From contig JAPKGW010000006.1 of assembly GCA_026647365.1 (NCBI GenBank), positions 84,395-148,394 of the forward strand: a stretch of DNA of 64,000 nucleotides, given 5' to 3'. The notes under the pieces were generated by a model that saw nothing but the letters and a program-made list of their open reading frames with translations, was not told the origin of the DNA and searched no databases. Within the stretch, counting starts at the first letter, position 1, and each line of letters begins with the position of its first letter. This document shows positions 9,518 through 21,527 of this stretch, piece after piece. Origin of the DNA: Phycisphaerales bacterium. Its GTDB lineage: Bacteria > Planctomycetota > Phycisphaerae > Phycisphaerales > UBA5793. Both the position numbers and the translations under genes were made by a program.

Positions 9518-10645
9518 ATGACCATGGAGCGATACGAATGCCAGGATGTGCAGGCCGTGCTGTCGGGGCTGCTCGACGGCGAACTGGATGCGCCGGCCGC
9601 GCACCTTGCCGAGGCGCATCTCGCGCGGTGCGGACCGTGCCGCGACCTGCTCCAGCAGGCCGAAGAGACCGATGACGTGCTTCGCGTTGCGATGGCGCGG
9701 CACGAAGTGTGGCCGGCCTCGCTTGAACGGCGCATCAGGGCCGAGGTCTTCGGCGTCGTCGGTGAAGCCGACGCGAATCACCGCCGGCGCCGCCTGCTCA
9801 TCGCCGCATGGAGCGGGTGGTCCATGGCGGCCGTGGTCATGCTTGGATTCGGATTCTCCATTTCACAGGGTTGGCTCACCGCGCGGCCCGCCGAGAGCAG
9901 CCCCCCCCTCGCGTTCGCCGACACCGGGCCGGAGATCGCCCCGGGCGATCCGGACGTCTGGCTGTCGCCCGTCGGCAGCGAGGACCTGGCTCGATCGATC
10001 TTCGACGATCTTCTCCTGACCGAAGCCGGGGCTGCGGCGCACGAGGAAGGTGAAAGCCCAGCCCCCGCCGTGCAAGGGCCGGCGCTGGCCATGGAAAATG
10101 AACCTTCTGACACGAGGGTGTCTCAGCCTATCGCGCCTGCACGGCCCGCGTTCAGCAACCTCGCCCTCGCGGGAATGGAGGCGGAGATCAGCGCGGCCCG
10201 GCAGGCCGAAATGTGGGCGTCGGCCCGCGCTGCCCGGGAGCAGCAGCCCGTCCTTGCGCCTGTCGAGGAGCCTGGGCCTGCGGTCGAATCGTCGGCGCAG
10301 TTCGCCGCGGCCGAGGCTGAGTCGGGCGACCCGACCATGGGTGAAGTGCTGCACCAGGCATCGATCCTTCTGACCGCGCTCGCGCAGGCGGGCGACGAAT
10401 CCTTCGGCGATGTCCGCAAGGTCCAGCAGGCTCTTTCGAGTGATGACGTGCTCGAGCGGCTGGCGATGGCTCGCGGCGACCTCGATTCGCCCGATTCGGT
10501 CGATCTCGTCAACCGCGCCTGGACCCTGCTGGAGTGGACCACCGGGAGTGTCGATCAGGAAGAACTGGAGCGAGTCAAGCACTCCATCGCCATGCAGGAC
10601 CTGCCGAGACGGCTGGAGCAACTGAGTGACCTGTACTGGAACTGA
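9518..10645 (+). CDS. Anti-sigma factor with zf-HC2 domain and one TM helix
   Basis: C..VQAVLSGLLDGEL...AHLARCGPC (HxxxCxxC), TM segment after RRRR, adjacent to the ECF sigma. Confidence 0.85.
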   Translation: MTMERYECQDVQAVLSGLLDGELDAPAAHLAEAHLARCGPCRDLLQQAEETDDVLRVAMARHEVWPASLERRIRAEVFGVVGEADANHRRRRLLIAAWSGWSMAAVVMLGFGFSISQGWLTARPAESSPPLAFADTGPEIAPGDPDVWLSPVGSEDLARSIFDDLLLTEAGAAAHEEGESPAPAVQGPALAMENEPSDTRVSQPIAPARPAFSNLALAGMEAEISAARQAEMWASARAAREQQPVLAPVEEPGPAVESSAQFAAAEAESGDPTMGEVLHQASILLTALAQAGDESFGDVRKVQQALSSDDVLERLAMARGDLDSPDSVDLVNRAWTLLEWTTGSVDQEELERVKHSIAMQDLPRRLEQLSDLYWN

Positions 10646-10688
10646 TCCGGGAATCGCGGCGCGGCGTCAAGGCGGAGGCCGGCGCAGG

Positions 10689-11207
10689 ATGCATGTCGGC
10701 CGAGCGCGGCTTCGCGCCGTTGCGTCCCTTGCCGCGAGCGCCCTGGCGGCGGCGCTTTCGGGATGCTCTTCTTCGATGCCCGCTGCCTCCACGACCAGCG
10801 GACTGCGCGATGCGAACTTCCGGCACGACGCCACCCTCATCCCCGCAGCCGCCGAAGGCCGCGATGAAGAGGCCCGAAGAGTCATCACCATCGAACCGGA
10901 CCCGGCGCGCGACGCCGAGATCCAATCGCTCCTGCGAAACGCTCTGGATTCACTTCGCTCGGGCGAGATTCAGCCGGCGCTCGATCTGCTCATGCAGGCG
11001 CAGAGCATCGACGGGTGGGTGCGCAGCGAGCACGCCCCGGCTGTGCTCTTCTGGACCGGGCACGCCTACGACCAACTGGGCGAGCGCTTCGCCGCGATGG
11101 GCGCGTTCCGCCGCATCACGCTCCAGTATCCGAGCTCGGCCTTCGCCGAGCGTGCCACGCGCCGCCTGCGTGAACTCCGCAGCCGCACATCTCCGCAACA
11201 GCGCTGA
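10689..11207 (+). CDS. Lipoprotein with TPR (YbgF/BamD-like C-terminus)
   Basis: Lipobox LSGC; 'LFWTGHAYDQLG...FRRITLQYPSSAFA'. Confidence 0.7.
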   Translation: MHVGRARLRAVASLAASALAAALSGCSSSMPAASTTSGLRDANFRHDATLIPAAAEGRDEEARRVITIEPDPARDAEIQSLLRNALDSLRSGEIQPALDLLMQAQSIDGWVRSEHAPAVLFWTGHAYDQLGERFAAMGAFRRITLQYPSSAFAERATRRLRELRSRTSPQQR

Positions 11208-11280
11208 CCAGGCCGGGATTCAGACGCGTCCCGGATTGCCGCCACCCCTTGTTTTGCCGGTCAAAAGAATACACGCGTCC

Positions 11281-12579
11281 CTATTTTCCGGTGATAGCGC
11301 GGTGGCCGTCGGTCAGGCGCATGGCGCGGCGGAGGCGGCGCAGGCCGCCGCTTGCCCCCAGCCAGGCCAGGCGCAGCCGCTCGCCGTACGAGCCGAGCCA
11401 CGGAGCGCGCCCCGCGGCGCGGTCCGTCCGCAACAGCGCTGCTTCCACGTCGTCCATGGTCAGTGTCGTGCGTCCGGAAGCGCCGGCGTGCAGGCGTGCG
11501 AGCCAACCCGTTGCCGCCCACATGACCCACAGCGCCAAGAGGCCGGTGATGATCGGCATGGCGTAGTAACCCGGCCCCCACGCCCGCCCGTCAGCAAGGC
11601 GCGAATGCAGGTAGCGCAGCGTCAGTTCGTCGATCGCACGCACGTCTTCTTCATCGCGCGCCGGCCCGACGCCGAGGACCATCTCAAACCGCAATCCAGC
11701 CGGCCAATCGCGGGCGAAGGCGGGCACTTCACCCCTGCCCGCGCCGAAGCGCCTGTGCGTGACGAACTGCCTGAGCGCACGCCATCCCAGTCCGCGGCCG
11801 CAAACCTCGCCGATCTTCACATCCTCGACGTGCGCGAAGACGACCTGCCGCAGCACCTTCGCCTGCCTGGCAGTCGGATGCTCCGGCGGCGACGCGGCGA
11901 TCTCCTCCTCAAACGCATCGACGAGCAGATCGAGGAGATCGCGCAGCCGCTCCTTGCGCACTTTGTCGAGTTTTGCTTGGCGCAGCATGTCGGCAAGCCA
12001 GGCCGCTCCGTCGAGGCGCTGCTCCACGGCCAGGTCGCTGCGACTGAAGATGCGCTCAAAGCCGCCGATAATGAGACGCTCCTCGCCGCCCGAGGCCTCG
12101 AGTCGATCGGTGAGCATGAGGCGGCTTCGCGGCTGCGCGACCTCAGGCAGGGCGCGCAGCATCCGCCGCAGATCGTCGAGATGCGTTCCCAGTGCCGCGC
12201 CGCGGTTGCGGATCATCGACGGGCAGGCATAACTCAAGCCCACCTGCACGCCGTCTTCGCCGGGCATGGGCACGAATGGAAACAACTGGCACGCGAGGGG
12301 CTTGGCCTCGAGGCCGAACTCCGCGTGGATGCGGCATCGGCCGTCCGGCTCGAGAAAAATGCACGAACCGTCCTCGCGCTGGCGAAGCCAGACGCGGCCG
12401 CGAAACTCAACCGTGGGCGATTGACCGAGGCGCTGCGCCCAGCCCTGGACTTCGAGACGCTTCAGGTCGTCCGGGCGCAGCTGCACGGTGAAGTCACGGC
12501 AGCACCCGGCACAACTGTGGCACGAGTAGCGCTGCGCGCCGGTGCGCGGCATGAGAATGGGCAGTGATCGCGGAGTCAT
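11281..12579 (-). CDS. YkgJ-family cysteine-cluster protein (FliB/lysine-N-methylase-like)
   Basis: CHSCAGCC, CIFL..DGRCRIH, KPLACQLFPF, LSYACPS. Confidence 0.8.
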   Translation of the reverse strand: MTPRSLPILMPRTGAQRYSCHSCAGCCRDFTVQLRPDDLKRLEVQGWAQRLGQSPTVEFRGRVWLRQREDGSCIFLEPDGRCRIHAEFGLEAKPLACQLFPFVPMPGEDGVQVGLSYACPSMIRNRGAALGTHLDDLRRMLRALPEVAQPRSRLMLTDRLEASGGEERLIIGGFERIFSRSDLAVEQRLDGAAWLADMLRQAKLDKVRKERLRDLLDLLVDAFEEEIAASPPEHPTARQAKVLRQVVFAHVEDVKIGEVCGRGLGWRALRQFVTHRRFGAGRGEVPAFARDWPAGLRFEMVLGVGPARDEEDVRAIDELTLRYLHSRLADGRAWGPGYYAMPIITGLLALWVMWAATGWLARLHAGASGRTTLTMDDVEAALLRTDRAAGRAPWLGSYGERLRLAWLGASGGLRRLRRAMRLTDGHRAITGK

Positions 12580-12674
12580 CTGTCAGGCCGGCGGAGCGGC
12601 CCCGGTGCAATGAAGCACCCCCGAGTATATGGACTCGGGGGCGGGAATCAGGTCGTCAAGGATCACGGCGGCGC

Positions 12675-13706
12675 TCAATCATCCAGGCGCTTGACCGAGG
12701 TCTGCACGCGCTGGTGATGGTTGGTGCGCACGGGCTTGTCGCCCTCAAAGATCGGCTCCTGGATCATCAGCCAGTTGAACTCGAGTTCGCCGACGCGCTC
12801 GACGAGTTCGTTGTTCTTGGGATCCCAGATGTAGCGCCAGTCGCCCTTGATCATGTCGAACTTGGTTTCGAGCACCTTGAGCATGCCCTCGATCTCTTCT
12901 TCAGGCGGCTCAAACTGGAGATCGATGACCATCTTCATGCCCAGGACGACGCGGTCTTCGCTCCGCTGGAGCATCTGGTAGTCGCTGGTGAAGGTCCACG
13001 TGCCGATGCCCTCCGCCTTGTTGCTGTTCTTGTCCTGCCAGGGCTTGGAGACGTCGCGAGAGTAGGTCTCGTTGCCGACACGCCATGTGCTGGCGAAGAG
13101 TTCGCCGAGGCCCTCGGGCTTGTATTCGCCCGCTCGCCCCTGGATCGCCTGGATCTGTTCCATCAGTGCGACGGCCGGTTCCGAGCCTTTCACCGTCTGC
13201 GGGTCGATATTCCCCTTCGAGTCTGCGGTGAACGTGATGGTCGAGGAGGCGAGCCTCTTGAGAGCCGCCGTCACATTGGCGTCCGTATCGGGATCGGGCG
13301 CCTCCGTCGTCGAGTCGAATGTGTAGTTGCCGCCGAAAAAGGAGGAACCGCCCTCGGTGTAGAAGCGGTCGTAGGTCATGGTGATGTCGGCCGAACCGTC
13401 TTCGTGGACGTTGGTCACCGTGAATCGCATGACGTACTCGGTGTAGGAGCGATCGACCATCTCCTGCCCGGCCGCCTGCTGAATGCTCATGTTGTCGGCG
13501 CGGAAGAGATACTTGACGACGCGGTCCTTCTGGAACTTCGGGCCGAAGTAGACCTCATCGGCGGGCGAGGCGATCACGTCGGGCGCCGGCTTGGGATCCT
13601 GCGCGGCAGGAGCGCATGCGAGGGTCAACCCGATAATGCCAAAGCCCAGAAGAAGCGCGGCCGGGCCGAACCGGTGAAACCTCATCGACTTCGTAGATAA
13701 GGACAT
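12675..13706 (-). CDS. Exported hypothetical protein, probable beta-rich lipoprotein
   Basis: GGAGG RBS, lipobox-like TLAC, strong GC3 codon bias. The start may be at 13685. Confidence 0.7.
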   Translation of the reverse strand: MSLSTKSMRFHRFGPAALLLGFGIIGLTLACAPAAQDPKPAPDVIASPADEVYFGPKFQKDRVVKYLFRADNMSIQQAAGQEMVDRSYTEYVMRFTVTNVHEDGSADITMTYDRFYTEGGSSFFGGNYTFDSTTEAPDPDTDANVTAALKRLASSTITFTADSKGNIDPQTVKGSEPAVALMEQIQAIQGRAGEYKPEGLGELFASTWRVGNETYSRDVSKPWQDKNSNKAEGIGTWTFTSDYQMLQRSEDRVVLGMKMVIDLQFEPPEEEIEGMLKVLETKFDMIKGDWRYIWDPKNNELVERVGELEFNWLMIQEPIFEGDKPVRTNHHQRVQTSVKRLDD

Positions 13707-13966
13707 TCCATCCTCCTGACTAGCCTGTCTGATCGGGCGGCCGCGTCCGGGTGGCGACCGAAACATCCCAGAAACAACACCCTGCACGACCGGGATCATA
13801 GCGCCGCTCTCCCGGCCGAAACCCGCGTCCGTGCCTGTGCATCGGACACTTCAATCCGTTCCACGAGAGAAGCAGGCTGCCGGGGCGCGCTTTGAGAAGG
13901 ACGCACGAGCGAAGTCCCTCCGGCGTTTCCGGCCGCACGTGAGGCGCGGCGCGGCAACTGAGCCGG

Positions 13967-15553
<1,587 letters not shown>

Positions 15554-15681
15554 TCATGTGAAACCAGGCACGCGGACCCGCCCGACGAAGCGCGATGTCG
15601 CACCTCACCGCAGTTCGGAGACCTTGGAATCAAGGCTGGCCGCGGCTGCCGCCGCGGCACGGCGGCATTGCGATCGACCAA

Positions 15682-15754
<73 letters not shown>

Positions 15755-16020
15755 AACCACCGGGGCCTCGATCAAGCGCCGCAGGTTCGCGGCGACTTTT
15801 TACGCCCGCTTCGCGCGGTGGCTACATTGTATGGGCTTGTGCTTCCGCGAACAAGCACACGGTCGGCCCCGTGCGGCGGCGGGCAATCGCTGATTCGCCG
15901 ACGGATCGTGGCTCTCGGGCGCAGCCGTGGGCAGCGTCCCTGGAGCGCCCGGCGCATCTCGTCGACCGCGCACGGGCCGATAGAATGCGGCGGCGTGAAA
16001 GCGATCAGTGAGTGGAAGCC

Positions 16021-17901
16021 ATGAACCCGGCGGCAGCAGACTGGCGGATTCGGTTCGGATCGAAGATCGTCTCGCCGCAGCAGGCAGTGGCGGTCGTCAA
16101 GCCGGGGCAGCGGGTATTTGTCGGCTCGGGCGCGGCCGAACCGCAGTCACTTGTTGAAGCACTCTCGGCGCGGATGGACATCAGCGACACGGAGATCGTC
16201 CACATCCTGACCCTTGGCGTGGCGACCTACGCGGAACCCAAATTCGGCGAGCGTTTCCGCCACAACGCGTACTTCATCGGTCCGAACGTGCGCGTCGCGA
16301 TCGCCGAGGGCCGGGCGGACTACACGCCGATTTTCCTCTCCGAGATTCCCGCGCTCTTCCGCACCGGCCGGGTCGTGATCGACGTGGCGCTCATTGCGGT
16401 CAGCCCGCCGGATGAGCACGGATACTGCAGTTACGGCGTCTCGACGGACATCGTGAAATCGGCGGCGGAGAGCGCGCGCCTGGTGGTGGCGGAAGTGAAC
16501 AGCACGATGCCGCGTGCCCTGGGCGACTGCTTCATCCACGTCAGCGAGATCGACGTGCTCGTCGCGTCGGACCGGCCCATTCTCGAATCCTCGACGGGTG
16601 AGCCGGACGACCTGTCGCGCCGCATCGCCCGGCACATCGCCGATCTCGTTGAAGACGGTGCCACACTTCAACTGGGGATCGGCACGATCCCCGACGCCGT
16701 GCTTCACTTCCTCGGCGACTTCAAGGATCTCGGCATCCACACCGAGATGTTCAGCGACGGGATCATTCCGCTGATCGAAAAGGGCGTGCTCACGAATCGG
16801 CGCAAGACGCTGCATCGTGGAAAGATCGTGGCCAGTTTCATCATCGGATCGCGGCGGCTCTACGACTTCGTGAACAACAACCCGCTCGTGGAGTTCCACC
16901 CCACCGAATACACGAACGATCCGTTCATCATCGCGCAGAACGAGAAGATGATCTCGATCAACGCGGCGATTGAAGTCGATCTGACGGGACAGATCTGCGC
17001 TGACTCGCTGGGCACGATGTTCTACAGCGGCATCGGCGGACAGGTGGATTTCACGCGTGGCGCAGCCCGGTCCCGCGGCGGTAAGCCGATCATCGCCCTC
17101 CCCTCCACGGCTGAGAACGAGACAATTTCGCGCATCGTACCGACCCTCAAGCAGGGGGCCGGCGTCGTGACCAGCCGCGGCGACGTTCACTATGTCGCGA
17201 CGGAGTACGGCACCGCGTACCTGCACGGCAAGACGATTCGCGAGCGCGCCAACGCGCTCATCCAGATCGCCCATCCCAAATTCAGGCCCTGGCTCTTGTC
17301 GGAGGCGAAGGCGCGCCGTCTCGTCTACGCCGACCAGGTCGAACTGCCCATACGCGTTCCAGCCTATCCCGAAGAACTCGAGCGGTGGATCGAACTCAAG
17401 GACTCCTCGCGTGCGTTCCTCAGGCCCCTTCGACTCACCGACGAATCAAGGCTACGCGAGTTCTTCTACCATCTTTCGCCCGAGTCCGTGCACTACCGCT
17501 TCTTCCGCATGATCACCTCCATGCCGCACACGCGCCTGCAGGAGTTTCTCAGGATCGATTACGAGTCCGACATGGGCCTCGTCGTGCTGACGGGCAAGGG
17601 CGATGACGCACGGGTGCTCGGGATCGCGCACTACCTGAAGGATCCACGCACCAACTTCGCCGAGGCCGCGTTCCTGGTGCTCGATGAATGGCAAGGCAAG
17701 GGGATCGGCACTGCGATGATGAGGGCGCTCGTGGAAACTGCCCGCAAACAGGGTATCGCCGGCTTCACGGCCGACGTGCTGGCTGACAACGAGCGGATGA
17801 TGCGCGTCTTCCACCGGTGCGGCTTCGCGGTGGAGAGCACACTGGCCGACGGCGTGTATCGCCTGCGCATTCCATTTGAGTCGCCCAAACCGCAGGCATG
17901 A
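16021..17901 (+). CDS. Acetyl-CoA hydrolase/CoA-transferase fused to a C-terminal GNAT acetyltransferase
   Basis: LQLGIGTIP, LGIHTEMFSDG, SGIGGQVDF, TEYG; then FFYHLSPESVHYRFF, AEAAFLVLDEWQGKGIGT, NERMMRVF..CGF. Confidence 0.9.
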   Translation: MNPAAADWRIRFGSKIVSPQQAVAVVKPGQRVFVGSGAAEPQSLVEALSARMDISDTEIVHILTLGVATYAEPKFGERFRHNAYFIGPNVRVAIAEGRADYTPIFLSEIPALFRTGRVVIDVALIAVSPPDEHGYCSYGVSTDIVKSAAESARLVVAEVNSTMPRALGDCFIHVSEIDVLVASDRPILESSTGEPDDLSRRIARHIADLVEDGATLQLGIGTIPDAVLHFLGDFKDLGIHTEMFSDGIIPLIEKGVLTNRRKTLHRGKIVASFIIGSRRLYDFVNNNPLVEFHPTEYTNDPFIIAQNEKMISINAAIEVDLTGQICADSLGTMFYSGIGGQVDFTRGAARSRGGKPIIALPSTAENETISRIVPTLKQGAGVVTSRGDVHYVATEYGTAYLHGKTIRERANALIQIAHPKFRPWLLSEAKARRLVYADQVELPIRVPAYPEELERWIELKDSSRAFLRPLRLTDESRLREFFYHLSPESVHYRFFRMITSMPHTRLQEFLRIDYESDMGLVVLTGKGDDARVLGIAHYLKDPRTNFAEAAFLVLDEWQGKGIGTAMMRALVETARKQGIAGFTADVLADNERMMRVFHRCGFAVESTLADGVYRLRIPFESPKPQA

Positions 17902-17964
17902 CGGGGCTTTCCAACTGCCTAACCGGCGGCAGAACCTCCACCGTCTCATGCCCTGGGATACCCT

Positions 17965-20457
17965 TCAACGGTCCAGCGCCGCCGCGCGGAAGATCAGCGG
18001 GAACGTCGCCTGCGACCAGCCGCGATACTGCGGGCGGAAGGCAAAGAGGTGCACGCGCCCCCGGCCATACTCGATGCGCACCCATGCTCCCTGGTTCTCG
18101 ATCACCTGAGGCTCCTTGATCCAGCCGGAGAGCAGTACGCGCGTCGGCGCATAGCGCATCAGGATTTGTGCGCGCGGAATCGTCACCGCCCCCGCGTCGC
18201 GCTGCTCCTTGTCGGTCATGACGCGATACGCGGCTGATCGCGAGAAGAAGAGGGGAATCGATTCCGGCAGGCCGACGGTCAGGTCGTGCGGCTCGGCGAT
18301 GCCGCGCAGCACGCTACCGGGACAGGAAAAGCCCTTCGCTTCCGCCCCGCGAGTGACATCAACCAGCGGCAGTTTCATCAGATCAATGGCCCACTGGCTG
18401 GAACTCGCAAATGTGATGAGCGTCCCGCCGCGACGCACAAACTCCTCGACCGCGACCGCGCCCTCCGGCGCCAGACCTCGCGTGAACTCCTCGGGCACCG
18501 TGCCGGGCGTGCGGCCGTCGTCGAGCGTGCGCGGGCCGAGGTCGGCGATGATGAGCACATCGAGGAAGTCGTGGAGATTGCCGGCGCGGATCATCTCGTT
18601 GCGCACGGAAACGCAGGGAATCTCCCACGTGTCGAGCACCCAGCGCATCCAGCCTTCGTCCATGCTTCCCGACCAGGGGGCATAGAGGCCGAGGCGCGGC
18701 AGGCTGTGTACGGGGAGGCCCTCTGCATCTTCCGGTTGATTCTCGACCGCGAAGAGGCCTGCCCCATCACCCTCGGTGCGGAACCTCCACTTGCTTCCAT
18801 CAGCAAGCGACCGGGCGATCCGCGTCCACGTACTGCTGTGCCACGATGAGAGCACACCTTCGCCAATCGCGGTTCGGCTGTCGCCAATGAACCTGCCCGT
18901 CGCTTCGTCGACCGTCATCACTCGACGCAGTTCGACCTCCAGCGGCTGCATGACCTCGACCCGCCGCACGCCGAGCAGATACGGCAGCGTCCAGCCCGCC
19001 ACGTCGTAGGGCGGATCGCCTTCGGGATAGCGCTGCACTTCCATGAGGTCCTTGACGTGCGTGCCGTAGGGCTGCTGCCGCTGGATAACGATTGAGCCGG
19101 CGGGCCAGGTGCGGCCGTCCGCTTCGATCGCGTCGTCGGCAACGTGCATTTCGACGCCGGTGGCGAGGAGAACATCGACGAAGCGGGCGACCGCGTCGGG
19201 GTCGCGGTTGTCGCTGGGAATGATCCAGGCGCGCGGGGCGCCCTCGACGGGCGCGGCGAGCGTGCGCTGCGCCGCCTCGACGGCATTGCGAAGCCAGAAG
19301 TGCGGCTCGCGCGTCAGGCTGCCCAGCAGCGACCGGCCGAAGGCCATCTCGTAATCGATGATGTCGCGCAGCCGCCACCATCCGCCGGGCCAGGGCATCG
19401 GAAACCGATTCGACGCGATGTACTCCGCCGCGCCCGTCGGCGAGCGCAGGCGCGTGATGGGCAGAAAGATCGGCGTGGCGAGGTCGGCCGACGCCGCCTC
19501 CGTCAGGATGCCGATGATGTTGTGCCGCACCGGCACGTTGCGGTTGCCCCCGTTCCACCACATGTCATAGGACACGCCCGACGACACGCCGCTGAAGCCT
19601 TCGCGCGTCAGGTCGAGCAAGGCCCGGCTGCCGATCGCGTCGATCCCCGTGATGATGTTCGGGTCCAGGTTCGGATTCAGCGGATCGCGATAGGGCGGCA
19701 CGAAGAGGCGCTCGGTGTTCGACCCCTGCTGATGCACGTCCCAGTAGACCTGCGGAAACCACTCGGTGTAGAGCATCTGCGTAACGAGGCGCGTCTCGCT
19801 CTGAGTCAGCATGAACCAGTCGCGATTGTTGTCGTGCCCGCTGTAGTACTGATACAACTTGAGCAGGTCGGAGGCTTCGTGCGGCGTGCCGACCGTCTGC
19901 CGGTACCAGTTCGTCACGTGATCGACGCCGTCGGGATTCGTCACGTAGAGGACGGTGACCATCTTCTCGCGGGCGCTCTTCCATGGCTCTTCCATCGAGG
20001 CGGCGAGGTTGAAGGCGAACTCCATGCCGAACTGCGCGCCGGCGCACTCATTCGAGTGCATCGCGGTGGAGATGAAGAGGATGAGGCGGCCGTGATTGAC
20101 CGCCGCGTCAATCTCCGCCTCGCTCTTGCCGCGTGGGTCGGCGAGGGTCTTCGCGTGGGCCTTGATCTCATCGAGTCGCGCGAGATTCGCCTCGTTGGAG
20201 ATGATGGTGATGAGGAAGTCGCGGCCCTCCGTCGTGGAGCCGATTCTCTTTGTAACAGCGTGAGGAGACTCGGCGTCGAGGCGGATGAAGTAGGAACTCA
20301 CCTCGTTCCAGTCGGCCAGTTGAAAGTCGGCGCCGAGCGGCCGGCCCAGATGCTCGGAGGGCGTGGCGACGTCCGCTCCCCGCGCGACAAGCGCCGCAGT
20401 TGCCGCCGCACACACAGCCAGAAGGAACGGCTGTGCCCTTGGCGCTGATCTCTGCAT
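17965..20457 (-). CDS. Secreted M14 zinc carboxypeptidase with C-terminal class I glutamine-amidotransferase-like domain
   Basis: Signal peptide; IGSTTEGR, MHSNE, NPDG, DNNRDW, DVHQQG; DEGWMRWVLD, FAFRPQYRG. Confidence 0.88.
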   Translation of the reverse strand: MQRSAPRAQPFLLAVCAAATAALVARGADVATPSEHLGRPLGADFQLADWNEVSSYFIRLDAESPHAVTKRIGSTTEGRDFLITIISNEANLARLDEIKAHAKTLADPRGKSEAEIDAAVNHGRLILFISTAMHSNECAGAQFGMEFAFNLAASMEEPWKSAREKMVTVLYVTNPDGVDHVTNWYRQTVGTPHEASDLLKLYQYYSGHDNNRDWFMLTQSETRLVTQMLYTEWFPQVYWDVHQQGSNTERLFVPPYRDPLNPNLDPNIITGIDAIGSRALLDLTREGFSGVSSGVSYDMWWNGGNRNVPVRHNIIGILTEAASADLATPIFLPITRLRSPTGAAEYIASNRFPMPWPGGWWRLRDIIDYEMAFGRSLLGSLTREPHFWLRNAVEAAQRTLAAPVEGAPRAWIIPSDNRDPDAVARFVDVLLATGVEMHVADDAIEADGRTWPAGSIVIQRQQPYGTHVKDLMEVQRYPEGDPPYDVAGWTLPYLLGVRRVEVMQPLEVELRRVMTVDEATGRFIGDSRTAIGEGVLSSWHSSTWTRIARSLADGSKWRFRTEGDGAGLFAVENQPEDAEGLPVHSLPRLGLYAPWSGSMDEGWMRWVLDTWEIPCVSVRNEMIRAGNLHDFLDVLIIADLGPRTLDDGRTPGTVPEEFTRGLAPEGAVAVEEFVRRGGTLITFASSSQWAIDLMKLPLVDVTRGAEAKGFSCPGSVLRGIAEPHDLTVGLPESIPLFFSRSAAYRVMTDKEQRDAGAVTIPRAQILMRYAPTRVLLSGWIKEPQVIENQGAWVRIEYGRGRVHLFAFRPQYRGWSQATFPLIFRAAALDR

Positions 20458-20523
20458 CGCGAATCTCCTTTCTCCTGAATGGACTTCGCGGCCGGCGTCG
20501 GGGCAGGCGGCACGGAATCCACT

Positions 20524-21159
20524 CTAGCAAGGCCGATCGCTCCGCGCCGCGAATCTGACGTGGAACATCGAGGGCACATCCGCCCGCCATCGGTCCAGGC
20601 GCAGCGTGATGATCGTGTCCTCGACATTGGTGAGCGTGACGATGAGCATCGCCAGGCGCGGCAGGACCAGCGGCCCGTCGAGCAGAATTGCCGCAGCACC
20701 GATGGAGACGAACAACCAGCACGACTTGGCGACCCACGTGTGATAAGCGGGCAGGCGGCCGAACTTCCTCAGAGCCGCCGTCAACGAAATCGCATAACTG
20801 CCGATCATGACTGAAACGATGATCGACTCAGACGCGATGAAATCCGGATCGAGCAGCGCCAGACCCAGGAGCAGCGCCCCGTACATGAACGCATCGGCGA
20901 GGCTGTCGAGCCGCGCGCCGAGAATCGAGCGCTGGTTGAAGAGGACGGCGATTCGGCCGTCGAGCCAGTCGGTGATGAGCAACGCGCCGAAGAGCCAGAG
21001 GAACGCGACCGGTCGGCCGGCCCCGGCCAGCGCCAGCAACACTCCCGAACCGACCAGGCGCAGGATGCTCAGGACGTTGGGCACCGTCAGGACGAGCCGC
21101 GATGGTTCTCCAGCGGCCTTCCCGCGAGACGCACCACGTTGCCGGAAAACCTCGGGCAA
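20524..21159 (-). CDS. CDP-alcohol phosphatidyltransferase
   Basis: TVPNVLSILRL; TDWLDGRIA...S.LGARLDSLAD signature. Confidence 0.88.
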   Translation of the reverse strand: MPEVFRQRGASRGKAAGEPSRLVLTVPNVLSILRLVGSGVLLALAGAGRPVAFLWLFGALLITDWLDGRIAVLFNQRSILGARLDSLADAFMYGALLLGLALLDPDFIASESIIVSVMIGSYAISLTAALRKFGRLPAYHTWVAKSCWLFVSIGAAAILLDGPLVLPRLAMLIVTLTNVEDTIITLRLDRWRADVPSMFHVRFAARSDRPC

Positions 21160-21293
21160 GAGATCCCTCGCTCGAAGTGTATCGCACGGAGGCCGACGAT
21201 TGCGCGCGCACGCGAACGCAAGAGCGCTTCGAACGGCAGTTCAGATCGGACCGCCCTGGTCGCGGGCGGTTTCACCTTCACCGTCGATGCAAA

Positions 21294-21381
<88 letters not shown>

Positions 21382-21527
21382 ACGGCTGGACCGGCACAAC
21401 GCCGCGCGCTGCGCCACTCGTCAAAGGTCAGGACGGGAGTGTAGGCCCGCTCCCTTTGCCGATCGGCCTCCCGCCCCAAATCCCGTCCCCTGCCGCCGCA
21501 CTGCATCGCCGCCGCGAATAATCCCCC

